DNA of 63,588 nucleotides, the filler included, from Aduncisulcus paluster (taxonomy: Eukaryota), in the NCBI GenBank assembly GCA_024181965.1. It is 18 parts of 18 records of this genome, joined end to end, with 100 filler letters (N's around TTAATTAATTAA, not from the genome) between each part and the next. Parts side by side here need not be neighbours in the genome. Positions count along the whole stretch, not along the records: positions 1 to 4,258 come from BQXS01011981.1; positions 4,359 to 5,984 come from BQXS01011982.1; positions 6,085 to 7,761 come from BQXS01011983.1; positions 7,862 to 9,583 come from BQXS01011984.1; positions 9,684 to 11,507 come from BQXS01011985.1; 13 more parts are not named here. The stretch is one strand, 5' to 3'. The notes below the pieces were generated by a model. The model searched no databases, was not told where the DNA came from, and saw only the letters and a list, made by a program, of their open reading frames with translations. The position numbers were made by a program, and so were the translations under genes. Shown piece after piece: positions 1 through 11,607 of this stretch. Every line of letters starts with the position of its first letter. Position 1 is the stretch's first letter.

Positions 1-122
1 TGAGATGGTGTCTCCTCATTTTTTTTGTTTCACTTTTTTGTCATTTCCAGAAATTAAATCGGAAGATGAAATTAAAAATGGAATTATCTTGAAAATATTA
101 TGTTTATTTTGGTTGAGCTACA

Positions 123-776
123 TTGCCTTTTATCAATGTTTATCCCGTAAAGAATTTCTTTTTGGTAGCATATTCCCAGCCACCACAATCGTCAGATTCA
201 TCCTCAAATCTCAGCTTTATCTTTCAATGGCATTCAAGAGCTTCGATTTGGTCGCAAAAGAAGGTTGGTCATATTGGAATCATCAAAGCTCTTCCTTCCT
301 CTCCTTCTTCTGCTCTCTCCATTCCACACCATCATACTACCCATGAGGATGAAAAGAGAGGACATATGGATAGTCATAGAAAAGAAAAGGATAGTTGTAG
401 TTCCCCTCAGCAACAAGTTTCTCTTGGGCAGTCGTTTGGATTACATCATCATCATCATCATAACTGTGAAGACTCATCTGCTACAGCTCCACATTTCACT
501 CCAGCCCAATTGCATGCCCAGGCCATTGAGAGGAGAAGACATCGTGGTGTGCCTCCTTCGTTACTCGTTGGTGCCAAAGTCCAAAGGGCACGTCGACAAG
601 CATTTTATGACATTCAAGAAAGACGCAAGAAGCACGAAGAAAAAGATGAGGTCGTACGTAAACCGAAGCATCGTGTTGAATATTATGGTGAAGCAAAGAA
701 GGATGTCCATTATAGGAAAACAAAGATTGGAGTAACTCGATTCAACCCACTATTTATGGAATGGGAAAGCGTGTAA
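123..776 (+). CDS. Hypothetical protein, His/Ser-rich with basic C-terminus
   Basis: 217-aa open frame with no recognised domain; true start uncertain. Confidence 0.4.
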   Translation: MPFINVYPVKNFFLVAYSQPPQSSDSSSNLSFIFQWHSRASIWSQKKVGHIGIIKALPSSPSSALSIPHHHTTHEDEKRGHMDSHRKEKDSCSSPQQQVSLGQSFGLHHHHHHNCEDSSATAPHFTPAQLHAQAIERRRHRGVPPSLLVGAKVQRARRQAFYDIQERRKKHEEKDEVVRKPKHRVEYYGEAKKDVHYRKTKIGVTRFNPLFMEWESV

Positions 777-1173
777 TGAAGATAATAGCTTTGTGAACGA
801 AGCTTTATATTTCGAGATGATAATCCACAGTAAAGAAGATTTGATAAAACACGGGGAAATGGATAATTATTTCATGGATTCAAATAACACTCATCTATTT
901 ATGTCCCAATAATCCCCCCCAATGTATGAAATTATACACTATACACGCCATTCCGGCATTCATTTTCCTATCTCTGGATGTCAACAATATTATCTAATAT
1001 AGATGTTTTTTAGTTCACAAATTTATACATTTATATCACTCTCATGACATGGACTTCCTTGGTTATATTATTTGTATGCATTGAGAAATAAATTGAGATG
1101 TTTTCTGTGAATATCTATCCCTCATTAATTTAAAGCAACTTTTTGGTTGTAACTTGACGCAAAATATAATTGT

Positions 1174-4100
1174 ATGAATCCATCTGATTCAAAATCGGAG
1201 TCTATTACCACTTGCGTTCCAAACAACTCATTTGCTAAAGATGAGCATAAAAAGTATCCAACTGCCTTAAAACCAATAGGTCGCTCAGTAGTAACCATAA
1301 CAAAAAGGAAAAAGGGAGCCAGTATTACAGTTTTTCCCCGTCCACCCCAGCATTCAATTTATGACAGCTCTGAGAATAGTGAAGTTGGAAGTGTTAGCTT
1401 TGACAGTTCAATACCTACTGTATGTTGGTTATTTTTCTAATATTTGTTTATTTTATCCATATTTTTCTCTGTCGATAAATTAATTCATCATTTTGCCCCC
1501 CTGTAATTCTACAAAATCCATTTCTTCTTGATTCTTAGGACTTATTTGGTCGAGAAGAGAGTTGTAAGGATGAAATTTCTAACTCAAAACCCAAAGAATT
1601 GTCGTATCACTCCGACGAAGATGAATCGTCAGATAAATCAACTGACTCAAATTGGAGCGTTTCCGAAGAATCGAGTCTTGAACTTCAAGGGATTTCTAAA
1701 TCTGATCCGGCTCCTGTATGTTGACTATTTTTTCGTTTTCTTAAACTTTTCTTTAAATTAACATTAAATTATAACTCCAATTGCAAGATTGAAACAAAAT
1801 CTGCAAAGCCAATTTCCCGAGCAGGCCATCATCATGTTCCAATTCCTCGAGATGATTCCACAATTGTTTTTTCCGAATATAAAGAAATCGTTTTGGAAAT
1901 GAAGGATATTATGGGAATTAGAGAATCAAAAATGCTGGCAGCCAGTAGAGAATTTCCAATTTTGTCACAATCTAACCGTCTGAAAGGTGCTTATATCAAG
2001 ATTTCGAAGAAAGGAGTTATTTCATATCTTGATTTTACCTTCACTTCAGATTCAGGGGAAAACACAACCAAATATCAATTCCATGACTCTGAAACTCACC
2101 ATTGGTTTTTTCTCCCAATGGATCTACTCAATATTACTCGTTTTAAGATTGAGACAATTGTAAAAGAGCCTCAAGAAAATGATTTTATCATCGAAATTCT
2201 TGCTTTCATACGAGATGAAACTCCCGAAGAATCAGCTATTCGTAAATCCAAAGAAGATGTTCTTGAGAAGCTTTGGAATGATAACAAGACACCTGTGGAG
2301 TTTGTGCATGAAGGAAGTAGAGAAAGCGTTCCAATATCACGAGAAGATCCTATTATCATAAAACCTGCTTATGAGTTGGTGAAGGGAGAGGATGAGATCT
2401 ATTGTGAGGGTTCAAAGGAATTTGATATCAGTGCTCGAGCACAAAAAATGTTAAAGGGGGAAGGAGATGTTACCTTATCTCGCTTGTCAATTTCTTTTTC
2501 TTCCCCTGTCTCTTTGAAAGGTGCGTATATCTGTGTGCATAAATATTTTAGCTCTCCTTGTCTATTGATCATTTTTACTCTCGATGATGGTACCAAAACA
2601 TTCAAAAAGTATGAATTTGGTGAACATACATGTCGATATGAATGGTATTTTCTTCCTATTGACTTCTCTTGTGTTGAATTATGTGAAATTCGAGGAAAAG
2701 GAACTTGGAGAAAGAAAAATAGTCGAATATTTGAAATCAAATCCCTTATTTTCATTGGAGAAGCAACTCTTGAAGAAGTAACTGCCCGCAATTCCAGAGA
2801 ACTTGCTCTTGATAATCTCTGGTCTAAAACTCCAACTGTGACACCAAAGTTTNNNNNNNNNNNNNNNNNNNNGCTCTCCTTGTCTATTGATCATTTTTAC
2901 TCTCGATGATGGTACCAAAACATTCAAAAAGTATGAATTTGGTGAACATACATGTCGATATGAATGGTATTTTCTTCCTATTGACTTCTCTTGTGTTGAA
3001 TTATGTGAAATTCGAGGAAAAGGAACTTGGAGAAAGAAAAATAGTCGAATATTTGAAATCAAATCCCTTATTTTCATTGGAGAAGCAACTCTTGAAGAAG
3101 TAACTGCCCGCAATTCCAGAGAACTTGCTCTTGATAATCTCTGGTCTAAAACTCCAACTGTGACACCAAAGTTTGACTGTGAAGGAGTTGGGGATACTAT
3201 TCCGATTCCACGAGACAATCCGACTGTAATTAATCCTTTCTTCTCAATGGTTAAAGGGAAGAGTGAGTTATATTGTACGGAATCTGAGAAATTTGATAGG
3301 AGCTCGAAAGCGCAAGGAATGTTAATGGGGGAAGGGAATGTTAAATTATCCCATCTTTCCATCCCTTTTCCATCACCTAGTCATATAAAGGGTGCTTATA
3401 TCTGTGTGAATAGGGATGAAAGTTCCTCTCTTCTTCTCTTCACTTTCACACTTTCTGATGGAACAAAGACATCCAAGAAGTATGAATTCACAAGGCCTAA
3501 ACATGAATACGAATGTTGTTCTCTTGATATTGATTTGGACAATGTTGTGTTATGTGAAATACAAGGGAAAGGAAAGTGGAAAGAGAAAAACAGTCGAGTG
3601 TTTGAAGTTAATTCCCTCGTTTTCGTCGGAAAAGAAGTATTTGAGGCACTTTCTTCTCTTCAACTCCATGAGAATCGCTGGGCTGATACTGTATGTTAAT
3701 TGTTTTTATTTATTACTTTATTTATTAATTTTATTGAGTTTTGATTGTTTACCTTTGTTTCATCATTTTATTTTATTTTATTCGTTCAATTATATATAAT
3801 ATAGCCTACAATCACACCAGAGTTCATAAAGCCTGGAAACGCCACTTTTGTTCCGATTCCTCGTGATGATTCGGCAGTTATTGTTCCTTCAATTGTCAAA
3901 GGAAAAGATGATTCAAAAAGTCCCGAATCAAGGTATTATGATCAGAGTTCAAATGCTCAAAAAATGTTAGAAGGAAAAGGTGATGTTATCTTATCCCATC
4001 TTTCTATTCGTTTTCCGTCACCTGGTTCTATGAAAGGGGCTTATATCTGTGTGGACAAAGGCCATTGTTTACTTCAGCTCTTTTTCACTTTCACCAATTC

Positions 4101-4258
4101 TGATGGTATGAAGACGTTTAAGAAGTATAAATTCTCAAAACCCAAATTGGATTATGAATGGTACTTCCTTGATATCGATTTGTCAACTGTTGTATTGTGT
4201 GAAATTCAAGGGAAAGGAATTGCTTCGCAGAATGAAATCAAGAATCGATATTTTAAGA
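1174..4258 (+). CDS. Multi-exon gene (3' partial) with about 4 tandem copies of a ~180-aa lineage-specific domain
   Basis: Three phase-0 introns (1420-1538, 1716-1787, 3691-3804; GTATGT donors, AG acceptors) join the ORFs in frame. Repeated motif PIPRDD..AQKML.G.G.V.LS.LSI.F.SP..KGAYICV..FTFT..DG.KT.KKYEF..YEWYFL.ID...V.LCEI.GKG. Segment 2551-2852 is duplicated across the N20 gap. Confidence 0.85.
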
Positions 4259-4358
4259 NNNNNNNNNNNNNNNNNNNNNNNNNNNNNNNNNNNNNNNNNN
4301 NNTTAATTAATTAANNNNNNNNNNNNNNNNNNNNNNNNNNNNNNNNNNNNNNNNNNNN
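4259..4358. other. Artificial contig-join linker (N44-TTAATTAATTAA-N44); first of 17
   Basis: Same 100-nt spacer with stops in all six frames also at 5985, 7762, 9584, 11508, 13379, 21618, 28954, 35771, 44509, 46607, 48659, 50185, 54837, 57143, 58982 and 61556. Adjacency across linkers has no biological meaning. Confidence 0.98.
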
Positions 4359-4701
4359 GTTTTAACGGGTTGGTAGCTTGTATTTCGCTATGGCTCATCG
4401 TTTTCAGGGGGGTACTCACTTTCAGGTCAGTCGGCACAGAAGGGTTTGAACCAATTCCTGAGGTGTTTTCTTCTTTTTCCACGGTTTTCAATAAAAGTTT
4501 ATCCGTTTCTGAAGGTTTTACAATGGTTTCCATAGGTTCCGTTGTCAAAACTTCAGACTTTTCAGATTCATCCTTTTTATCAGAAAATTCATCCTCGTCA
4601 TGGTTCGAAATGTCCTTCTGAGTTTCAGAAGTTTCAGTTTCCTCAGGTCTTTCAATAGTTTCCTCAGGTTTTCTTGTTTTTCCACGTCTTTTTGGGGGCA
4701 T
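4359..4701 (-). CDS. Hypothetical acidic low-complexity protein, 3' partial
   Basis: ATG start MPPKRRGK; frame open to the contig edge. Confidence 0.55.
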
Positions 4702-4960
4702 CGGGTTTTAATAGGGTTTAGTACAAATAAGTAAAAAAAAGTTTACCAATATTATGAAATTGATCAATTTATGGAAATTGGCTATTAAGCTTACTTACAA
4801 TTTATTAATAAACGAACGGTCCAATGGAATCTATTTATAGGCTTATGAGAAATTGCCGGGATACCACAACCATGTAGAGTTAACGCATGGAGGCTGCCCA
4901 CTAAACCCAACGGCACCGAATAGTGACTTTTCGATGGGAGAGAGCAAAATAGGAGCAGAA

Positions 4961-5173
4961 TTAATGTATAACGCATTTTTCTTCCGATTTTTCTCCTCTG
5001 TTATGGGTCACTAAAAGTTTTTTCTGCAGTAAATTTTTTAATCTCGTGTTATCATTTATGGCTTCATCATACGCCAATTTTAGGCTAGATACCATTGTTT
5101 TCAATTTCAATATGGTATTTGTCAATGTTCTAAGTTTTTCTTGAGCATCTGCTGCATGCAATGATGGCATCAT
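4961..5173 (-). CDS. Small hypothetical coiled-coil protein or exon
   Basis: 70 aa with heptad-like Leu spacing; no homolog recognised. Confidence 0.3.
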   Translation of the reverse strand: MMPSLHAADAQEKLRTLTNTILKLKTMVSSLKLAYDEAINDNTRLKNLLQKKLLVTHNRGEKSEEKCVIH

Positions 5174-5501
5174 TTTACAGAAAACGGCATGTTTTCATAT
5201 TTTTCAGATTGAGTTCGATAATATTTCAAAAGCTAATATAAAATATTATTAATTATTATATTTATTGGAGAAAATATAAAAAAAAAGATTCAAGTGCTTC
5301 CCAAACACCTCAAAGTTTCCAGTTTTCTAGAAGCGAAGGAAATGTGGTTTTTGGGATGATAATCCTGAGAAACTACAACAACATCATACTAATTATAGAT
5401 ACATTGGATGTTTACGAAGTTCGTTGATAAAAGGAATAATTTTATCTCCAGTAAACAGCCTATAACAATTAGGTTGGATCTGGAGAGAAAAGTTACATTC
5501 T

Positions 5502-5984
5502 TCAAACTTTAGACTTCTTAGAAGTTTTCTTTTTCCCAGACCTCCTGTTCCAGATTCCGAATAATCTATTTTTAGTTCCAACTTTGGCGTATAGAATTTC
5601 AACTGAGGAAGGTGATACGTGTCTGAATAAGAATTTGAAGAACATGACGATACACAAATACAATACGACAGCCACCATGGCGACATAATTCATCTTTGAG
5701 AGAGCTAATGACCTAAAGAACTGCAAATAAAAGAAGTAGTCGAGATCTATAATGGCATTACACACACCAGCAAACAAATAATAGGCTCCAATTGAGAAAA
5801 TGAAAGCAAGGGAGATCCACAGGTTCCAAGATGTAACTTCAAGGGCAAACCGAAGCAAACCGGCAAAAATGACCGCAGTTGTCACGACAGAACCGAACAT
5901 TTCCTTCCCATCTGAATAACCAGAGGATGAGACCACACCGCTTCCAAATGCACCGTAGGGGATGTAAAACACAAGGATTCCACA
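5502..5984 (-). CDS. P4-type phospholipid-transporting ATPase, C-terminal membrane region (5' partial)
   Basis: DGKEMFGSVVTTAVIFAGLLRFALEVTSWN..AFIFSI matches the flippase C-terminal TM pattern (G..FG....T..V....L..AL....W); several TM helices. Confidence 0.8.
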   Translation of the reverse strand, partial: CGILVFYIPYGAFGSGVVSSSGYSDGKEMFGSVVTTAVIFAGLLRFALEVTSWNLWISLAFIFSIGAYYLFAGVCNAIIDLDYFFYLQFFRSLALSKMNYVAMVAVVLYLCIVMFFKFLFRHVSPSSVEILYAKVGTKNRLFGIWNRRSGKKKTSKKSKV

Positions 5985-6438
5985 NNNNNNNNNNNNNNNN
6001 NNNNNNNNNNNNNNNNNNNNNNNNNNNNTTAATTAATTAANNNNNNNNNNNNNNNNNNNNNNNNNNNNNNNNNNNNNNNNNNNNAAGAAAAAATGTAAAT
6101 AATTAACATAACGTCGAGATCGAAGAGAAAAATAGAAAGAATTTAGAAAAACAAATAATTGTGTAAAATCAAAGGGTCTAATGACCATATAAAAGGATAT
6201 ATTAAAAATGTATGCTAAATATTAAATTAAAAATTTAATACCCGTCTTATCAAGAGAGATAATCTCACAGAAGTTAGAAGACGTTATCCACATAAATAAC
6301 ATACAATTATGATGGTATATATTCCAACATACATATTTATAAATTCATAGTAGAAAAATGAGGTATACATGTGCCGTAAGGAGGAAGGTCAAGAGGAGCA
6401 AAAAGGCTTATATAAAATATAGAAAAATATAGAAAAGG

Positions 6439-6510
6439 CATAGGATAGCTCAATTGGTAGTACGCCGGTGTACTGCCTAGTGGATCGGGGTTCGAATCCC
6501 TGTCCGTCTA
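6439..6510 (+). pseudogene. tRNA-like sequence (degenerate tRNA or tRNA-derived SINE head)
   Basis: 72 nt with A-box TAGCTCAATTGGTAG and T-arm CGGGG-TTCGAAT-CCCTG at canonical spacing. Only 3/7 acceptor pairs and 2/4 D-stem pairs; no clean anticodon arm. Confidence 0.65.
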
Positions 6511-7478
6511 ATTTTATAATTTCACAGCACAGCTGCAAGGAAGAAGGAGTAGTGTTACGGACATTGATCCTTATCTACAGACATTCTCAGGGATGTCCTA
6601 TTTATAGAACCGTTTATTAGAATAAATTTGGCTTAGCTTACAGGTCGCGCTAGAGTCTAGGACCCCCCGACCCTCAGAAACATATATATTTTATCTCAAC
6701 CTCAGTCAACTCTGGTTAAGAATCTGAGACTTGTCAAAAAATATCAGGTGAGAAATAATGAATGACAAATTTTGACTTTGACTGTTTCTCAACTATTTTT
6801 TTTTTTTTTTTTTTATTATATTTAGACCAATTTTGACTTTTCTCATCGCCATCATATTTTTAGACTCAACATGATCAATTTTCATTAGTTATGCTAAAAA
6901 TAGCAAATCCATTGTCAATTCCATAAATAGCTCTCTGAGACGGTCAGATCGAATATATATAGTTGCATCTATTTATATTTTCAGCTCATAATTTCTCAAG
7001 AGAAGTCTCTCATCTGCAGTGTACTTTTCTAAAATTAGGGACTATACCGTCCAGAAAGACTGTACTGTACTATGCTGTATCGTGCAGTATAGCAACCATA
7101 CTAGTGGATATAGAGTTATATTTTCCACTTAAATAGTTCTATATCCAATAGGGGGTCCAATAGGGTCTTCCAGAGCTCATCTCTAAAGATAGAGATCTGA
7201 GAATTTCGGGGGGGCCATTATTTTTTAAAATAAATAACCTCCCCAAGGTCTATGACTTACTCAGAACGCCCCCTTATATAGATCTTGAGTAAAAAATGAC
7301 CAATTGGAAGAACTGTACTATACCATACACATGATCGCAACTAAACACAAATTAAACACACAAACATACCGTTTTACTATACACTTTACGACAAATATGA
7401 CATCCATTCAAATCATCGCTCAAGGCTTCACACACTTTTCACACAAATGCATCTTTCTTGAAAACATCTTCACTCATG

Positions 7479-7550
7479 ATCACACACAAAACACACACAA
7501 ACAAAACAAAAAACACACACAGCACACACAACACACAAAATAACACACAG
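7479..7550. repeat. Imperfect CA/ACA-rich microsatellite
   Basis: cacacacaaaacacacacaaacaaaac...aacacacag. Confidence 0.7.
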
Positions 7551-8103
7551 CACGTGTAAAACAGGCAATGAGATGGGCTGGGGGGGAGGAATTATTACTT
7601 GACATATACATGTATACACATAGTAGTCACATCAAAAGTACACAGATGAACACATTCAACCACACGTATGACACACTCTTACCATCATATTACCGAAAAT
7701 AGCCTCAATAGTAGAGATTCAGATGATACTATACAACTTCACGACTTGACATGATCATTCANNNNNNNNNNNNNNNNNNNNNNNNNNNNNNNNNNNNNNN
7801 NNNNNTTAATTAATTAANNNNNNNNNNNNNNNNNNNNNNNNNNNNNNNNNNNNNNNNNNNNAGTGGGGCTTGCCTCCTCTTATTTGGCTTACCTGGGCTA
7901 CGCTGAGAAGCACAAGCTGAGTCTTGGAGCATTATGGTAATCTTTAGAATTACAACTTAATTCTTTCACAAACCAAATGTTTGACAAATAAGGCTATGAA
8001 TATAAACTCCAACCCACCCGAACATAATCATCATCCCACAGCAACCAATTTCAGTCCCACCCTAATGACCCGTCACAAACTTTCCTAATATATACTTTAT
8101 TCC

Positions 8104-8194
8104 GCATTGGGTGATTTGGAACAATACGAACACCATAAATCTTTATTAGAATATGCTAATCACAATTGAATAAACCCCCCCGAGTCAAAAAAAA
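8104..8194 (+). repeat. Dispersed ~90-bp repeat, copy 1
   Basis: Closely matches the reverse complement of 38083-38176; ends TAAACCCCCCCGAGTC followed by an A-run. Confidence 0.85.
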
Positions 8195-8401
8195 CAAAAT
8201 CCGGATCCCATACTATACTGTACTACTATACTGGATATTAATATTGTGCCACAAAGTATGTAAGTTATGATTATTATGAAATCAATTTCTTTTCTATTCA
8301 TTCAGAATATAAAATAATTTACCAATAATTCTTTGAATATTTGATATTTTCTGTGATATTTTCAGAAATTCCTTTGAAAAAGGTTCTGAGGATCTAACAA
8401 A

Positions 8402-9583
8402 ATGGGAAAAATATCACTAACAATTAAAGATAAGATACAGATGAATTTTAGTTCGTCGGTGGATCAGATAATTGGCAAAATTATGTGTTGTCAACGTAAA
8501 TTGGTTGATTCCGGTGAATTGGACCCAAAAGATGTGTATATATTACTTGATACATTAATAGCACAATTCAGCACGTTGATTGTTGAAGATGATATGTCTT
8601 CTATGATAGTACTTAGAAATGAAAAGGAATTCAATTTGTTTATAGAGTCTATTTTCTTGTTTCTAAGAAATCATTTTAAAACCACAATCTTTTCAACTTA
8701 TACTCAACAACCCTACAACTATTTTACACGAATATTAGAATTATTATCTCCAATTTTAAAGATTGAGAAAATTTTGTCTCGGGATCATCAAGTTTCCTAT
8801 CTGACTAGATGCTGTATTTATATAATCAGCAAAACTTTTCATTTTGTTCCGCATCATAAAATTAACAGCGTGAGTTTTCAATTGATATCCCCAACTTTAT
8901 GTCGAATTATTCGGTTCGGATCTGATCATCCCTTGGATAGAGAATACTTTTCATCAATTTTTGACATATTAACTATTTTCTTATCGACTGTCAATGCAGA
9001 CTCGTTACCCACTCGTGTCGCCTTGATGTCCCTCATCAAACCATATATTGGCTCATGGTTGACTCTCTATTCCGACAGCAAACACATTGGACAGATGATA
9101 ATTATTCTCTCAAAGCTCACCACATTGCCCAAAACTGGTTATCCGAACCCCCCGCTTTGTGAAGAAGCCTGGTGCTTTTTCCATCCCGTTTTGGATCTTG
9201 TCCGCAATGAATGCAAAGGCCAGCAGCTTGCTGTGGATGATCACAGCCATGCATTAAAATTCTTCTCCAACCTTTGTTGTGACGCTGAGCATGGTGTCGA
9301 AGTGTTTGAATGTGTCAACGAGTTCCTTGATGAATGGTTGTCATCGCTCACAGGATGTGGCCCGCAGTGTCTTGAGCATTGGGGTTCTCTCATTGCATCG
9401 TTTTCCACAATCCCGGCGTTAATTCCAAAAATATCTCCAAAGTATGATGCAAAGATGAGAAAGTTAACTAACTCTGCTGTTTTTACGGACAAAGATGAGT
9501 TTTCTTGTCGTACTATTTATTTCAAGAATTGTTGTCCTTCATTGCAACCCTGTATCAATATTTACGATAGAATTAAAAACAGC
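8402..9583 (+). CDS. Helical-repeat (ARM-like) protein of an expanded lineage-specific family, 3' partial
   Basis: Long ORF; LCEEAWCFFHPVLDLV..LKFFSNLCCD.EHG and SPKYD motifs are shared with 44609-46606. Confidence 0.75.
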
Positions 9584-9683
9584 NNNNNNNNNNNNNNNNN
9601 NNNNNNNNNNNNNNNNNNNNNNNNNNNTTAATTAATTAANNNNNNNNNNNNNNNNNNNNNNNNNNNNNNNNNNNNNNNNNNNN

Positions 9684-11507
9684 GATTCACCGTGCTCAGG
9701 TTACACTATGATCCGAGAAGATTTGGTGTCTATCTCCTCACTTAACCTTTCAAGCTCATATGTAACCAGTTTGTCTGGATTGCAATTTGCGACGAATTTG
9801 TCCTCCCTTGATATCAGCAACACATCCATGTCGCTATCCAGTGATTTGTCTGACCTTTCATCAAGCTTAGTTCAATTAACCATGGACAATGCAGGCATTT
9901 CTGCTGAGACTGACTTCTCCTCTCTTACTTCACTCACCCACCTTTCTCTGCGAGACAACTCTGTGTTCACCTTCTCATCCTCCGGTCTTCTCCCTGCATC
10001 ACTGACCTCTCTCGATGTTAGCAACACCCTTGTCATTGATACATCTGTGCTCCCTGTTGGGCTTGTTGAACTCTCGATGGATGATGTTGGCTTGTCTGGA
10101 GATGTTGACTTCAGCTCTTTCACGTTGTTGGATACCCTTTCCGTTGTTGACAACACGTCCTTCACGATCTCGTCCTCTGACGTGTTCCCATCGTCTCTGC
10201 AATCGCTTGACATCAGTGGATGTACATCCATCACCGATCTGTCCTTAGTGCCCACCTGTCTGACTACATTATCCATAAGTAGAATGGATCTTGATGACAA
10301 ATCTGCGATTGGAGGTTTCTCTGATCTTTTGGTTCTGAATGCCAATTCTTCCTCGATCGATGATGAGGACATGCCCTATTTTGCAGAATTGTCTTCCATT
10401 GTTGAGCTTTATCTTGCGTGGAATCTGTTGACGGATATTTCTTATTTGAACTGTTTGAGTGATACGTTGAGTGTGTTGAATGTTGACAATAATAGTGTCT
10501 GTGGAATTTCATCTTCTGATTTCCCTGCCTCAACGACTTTTAGTTATGCAGGGCAATCAACATCCATATGTGACCAATGCTCTGATGACACTGGTCTTTC
10601 ATTCTATCCTACTCCCAGTGTTGCTACGAATACTGTATGCAAAGAAGTATGGGATGGTATGTATCGAACTGATTGTGCCATGTTCAGTTATCGTGACTAC
10701 TCTTCCACTGATGCGCTATCATGTGTTGGGCTTACTGTTGGCACCACATACACGTGTCTGTCTGACCTTGAGTCAAACTCGAACATCCAATGTGTGAACG
10801 AGGATAATGGCACGCTTGAAGTTGTGAGTGGCTGTGTTGAAGATTGGTATGGCGATTCTTGTAATGATGAGTGTCCGCTTCACAATGGTCAACAATGTGG
10901 AGGCTCTGACTTTGGAACCTGTGATTCTACCACCCACACGTGTTCTTGTCTGACCGGTTTGGGAGGTGATGCCTGTGAAAATATTGATAACCATACTCTT
11001 TCCACTTTTGTTTGTAGCAATGTTGATGATACCGATTATGTTACTCTCTTGGATGGATATGATTCACCGTGCTCAGGTTACACTATGATCCGAGAAGATT
11101 TGGTGTCTATCTCCTCACTTAACCTTTCAAGCTCATATGTAACCAGTTTGTCTGGATTGCAATTTGCGACGAATTTGTCCTCCCTTGATATCAGCAACAC
11201 ATCCATGTCGCTATCCAGTGATTTGTCTGACCTTTCATCAAGCTTAGTTCAATTAACCATGGACAATGCAGGCATTTCTGCTGAGACTGACTTCTCCTCT
11301 CTTACTTCACTCACCCACCTTTCTCTGCGAGACAACTCTGTGTTCACCTTCTCATCCTCCGGTCTTCTCCCTGCATCACTGACCTCTCTCGATGTTAGCA
11401 ACACCCTTGTCATTGATACATCTGTGCTCCCTGTTGGGCTTGTTGAACTCTCGATGGATGATGTTGGCTTGTCTGGAGATGTTGACTTCAGCTCTTTCAC
11501 GTTGTTG
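9684..11507 (+). CDS. LRR plus EGF-like/Cys-rich surface protein, internal fragment
   Basis: LxxLxLSxN-type repeats, EGF-like GTCDSTTHTCSCLTGLGGDACE; open across the whole contig. Confidence 0.85.
11061..11507 (+). repeat. 447-bp direct repeat of 9684-10130 (period 1377 bp = 459 codons)
   Basis: Contig start and end are identical by eye; the offset is a multiple of 3. Confidence 0.9.
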
Positions 11508-11607
11508 NNNNNNNNNNNNNNNNNNNNNNNNNNNNNNNNNNNNNNNNNNNNTTAATTAATTAANNNNNNNNNNNNNNNNNNNNNNNNNNNNNNNNNNNNN
11601 NNNNNNN

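Noticed and set aside
2551..3174. Exact direct duplications flanking N20 gaps (also about 14603-14988 and 18398-18781)
   Set aside because: Unmerged contig overlaps from scaffolding; collapsing them restores single reading frames.
4303..4314. Regularly recurring TTAATTAATTAA palindrome, superficially like a repeat array
   Set aside because: Always centred in N44 flanks; synthetic six-frame-stop linker. ORFs ending in X..LIN are artefacts of it.
4851..4962. GC-richer island with 5S rRNA-like (ATACCAC, TAGT..GATGGGAGA) and SRP-Alu-like words
   Set aside because: 5S helices I and II cannot be formed; only one short hairpin (CCATG..CATGG). May be an exon or UTR. An Rfam scan would settle it.
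7304..7543. 79-aa His/Thr-rich ORF
   Set aside because: Produced by CA-rich low-complexity sequence; TTG start and no coding signal.
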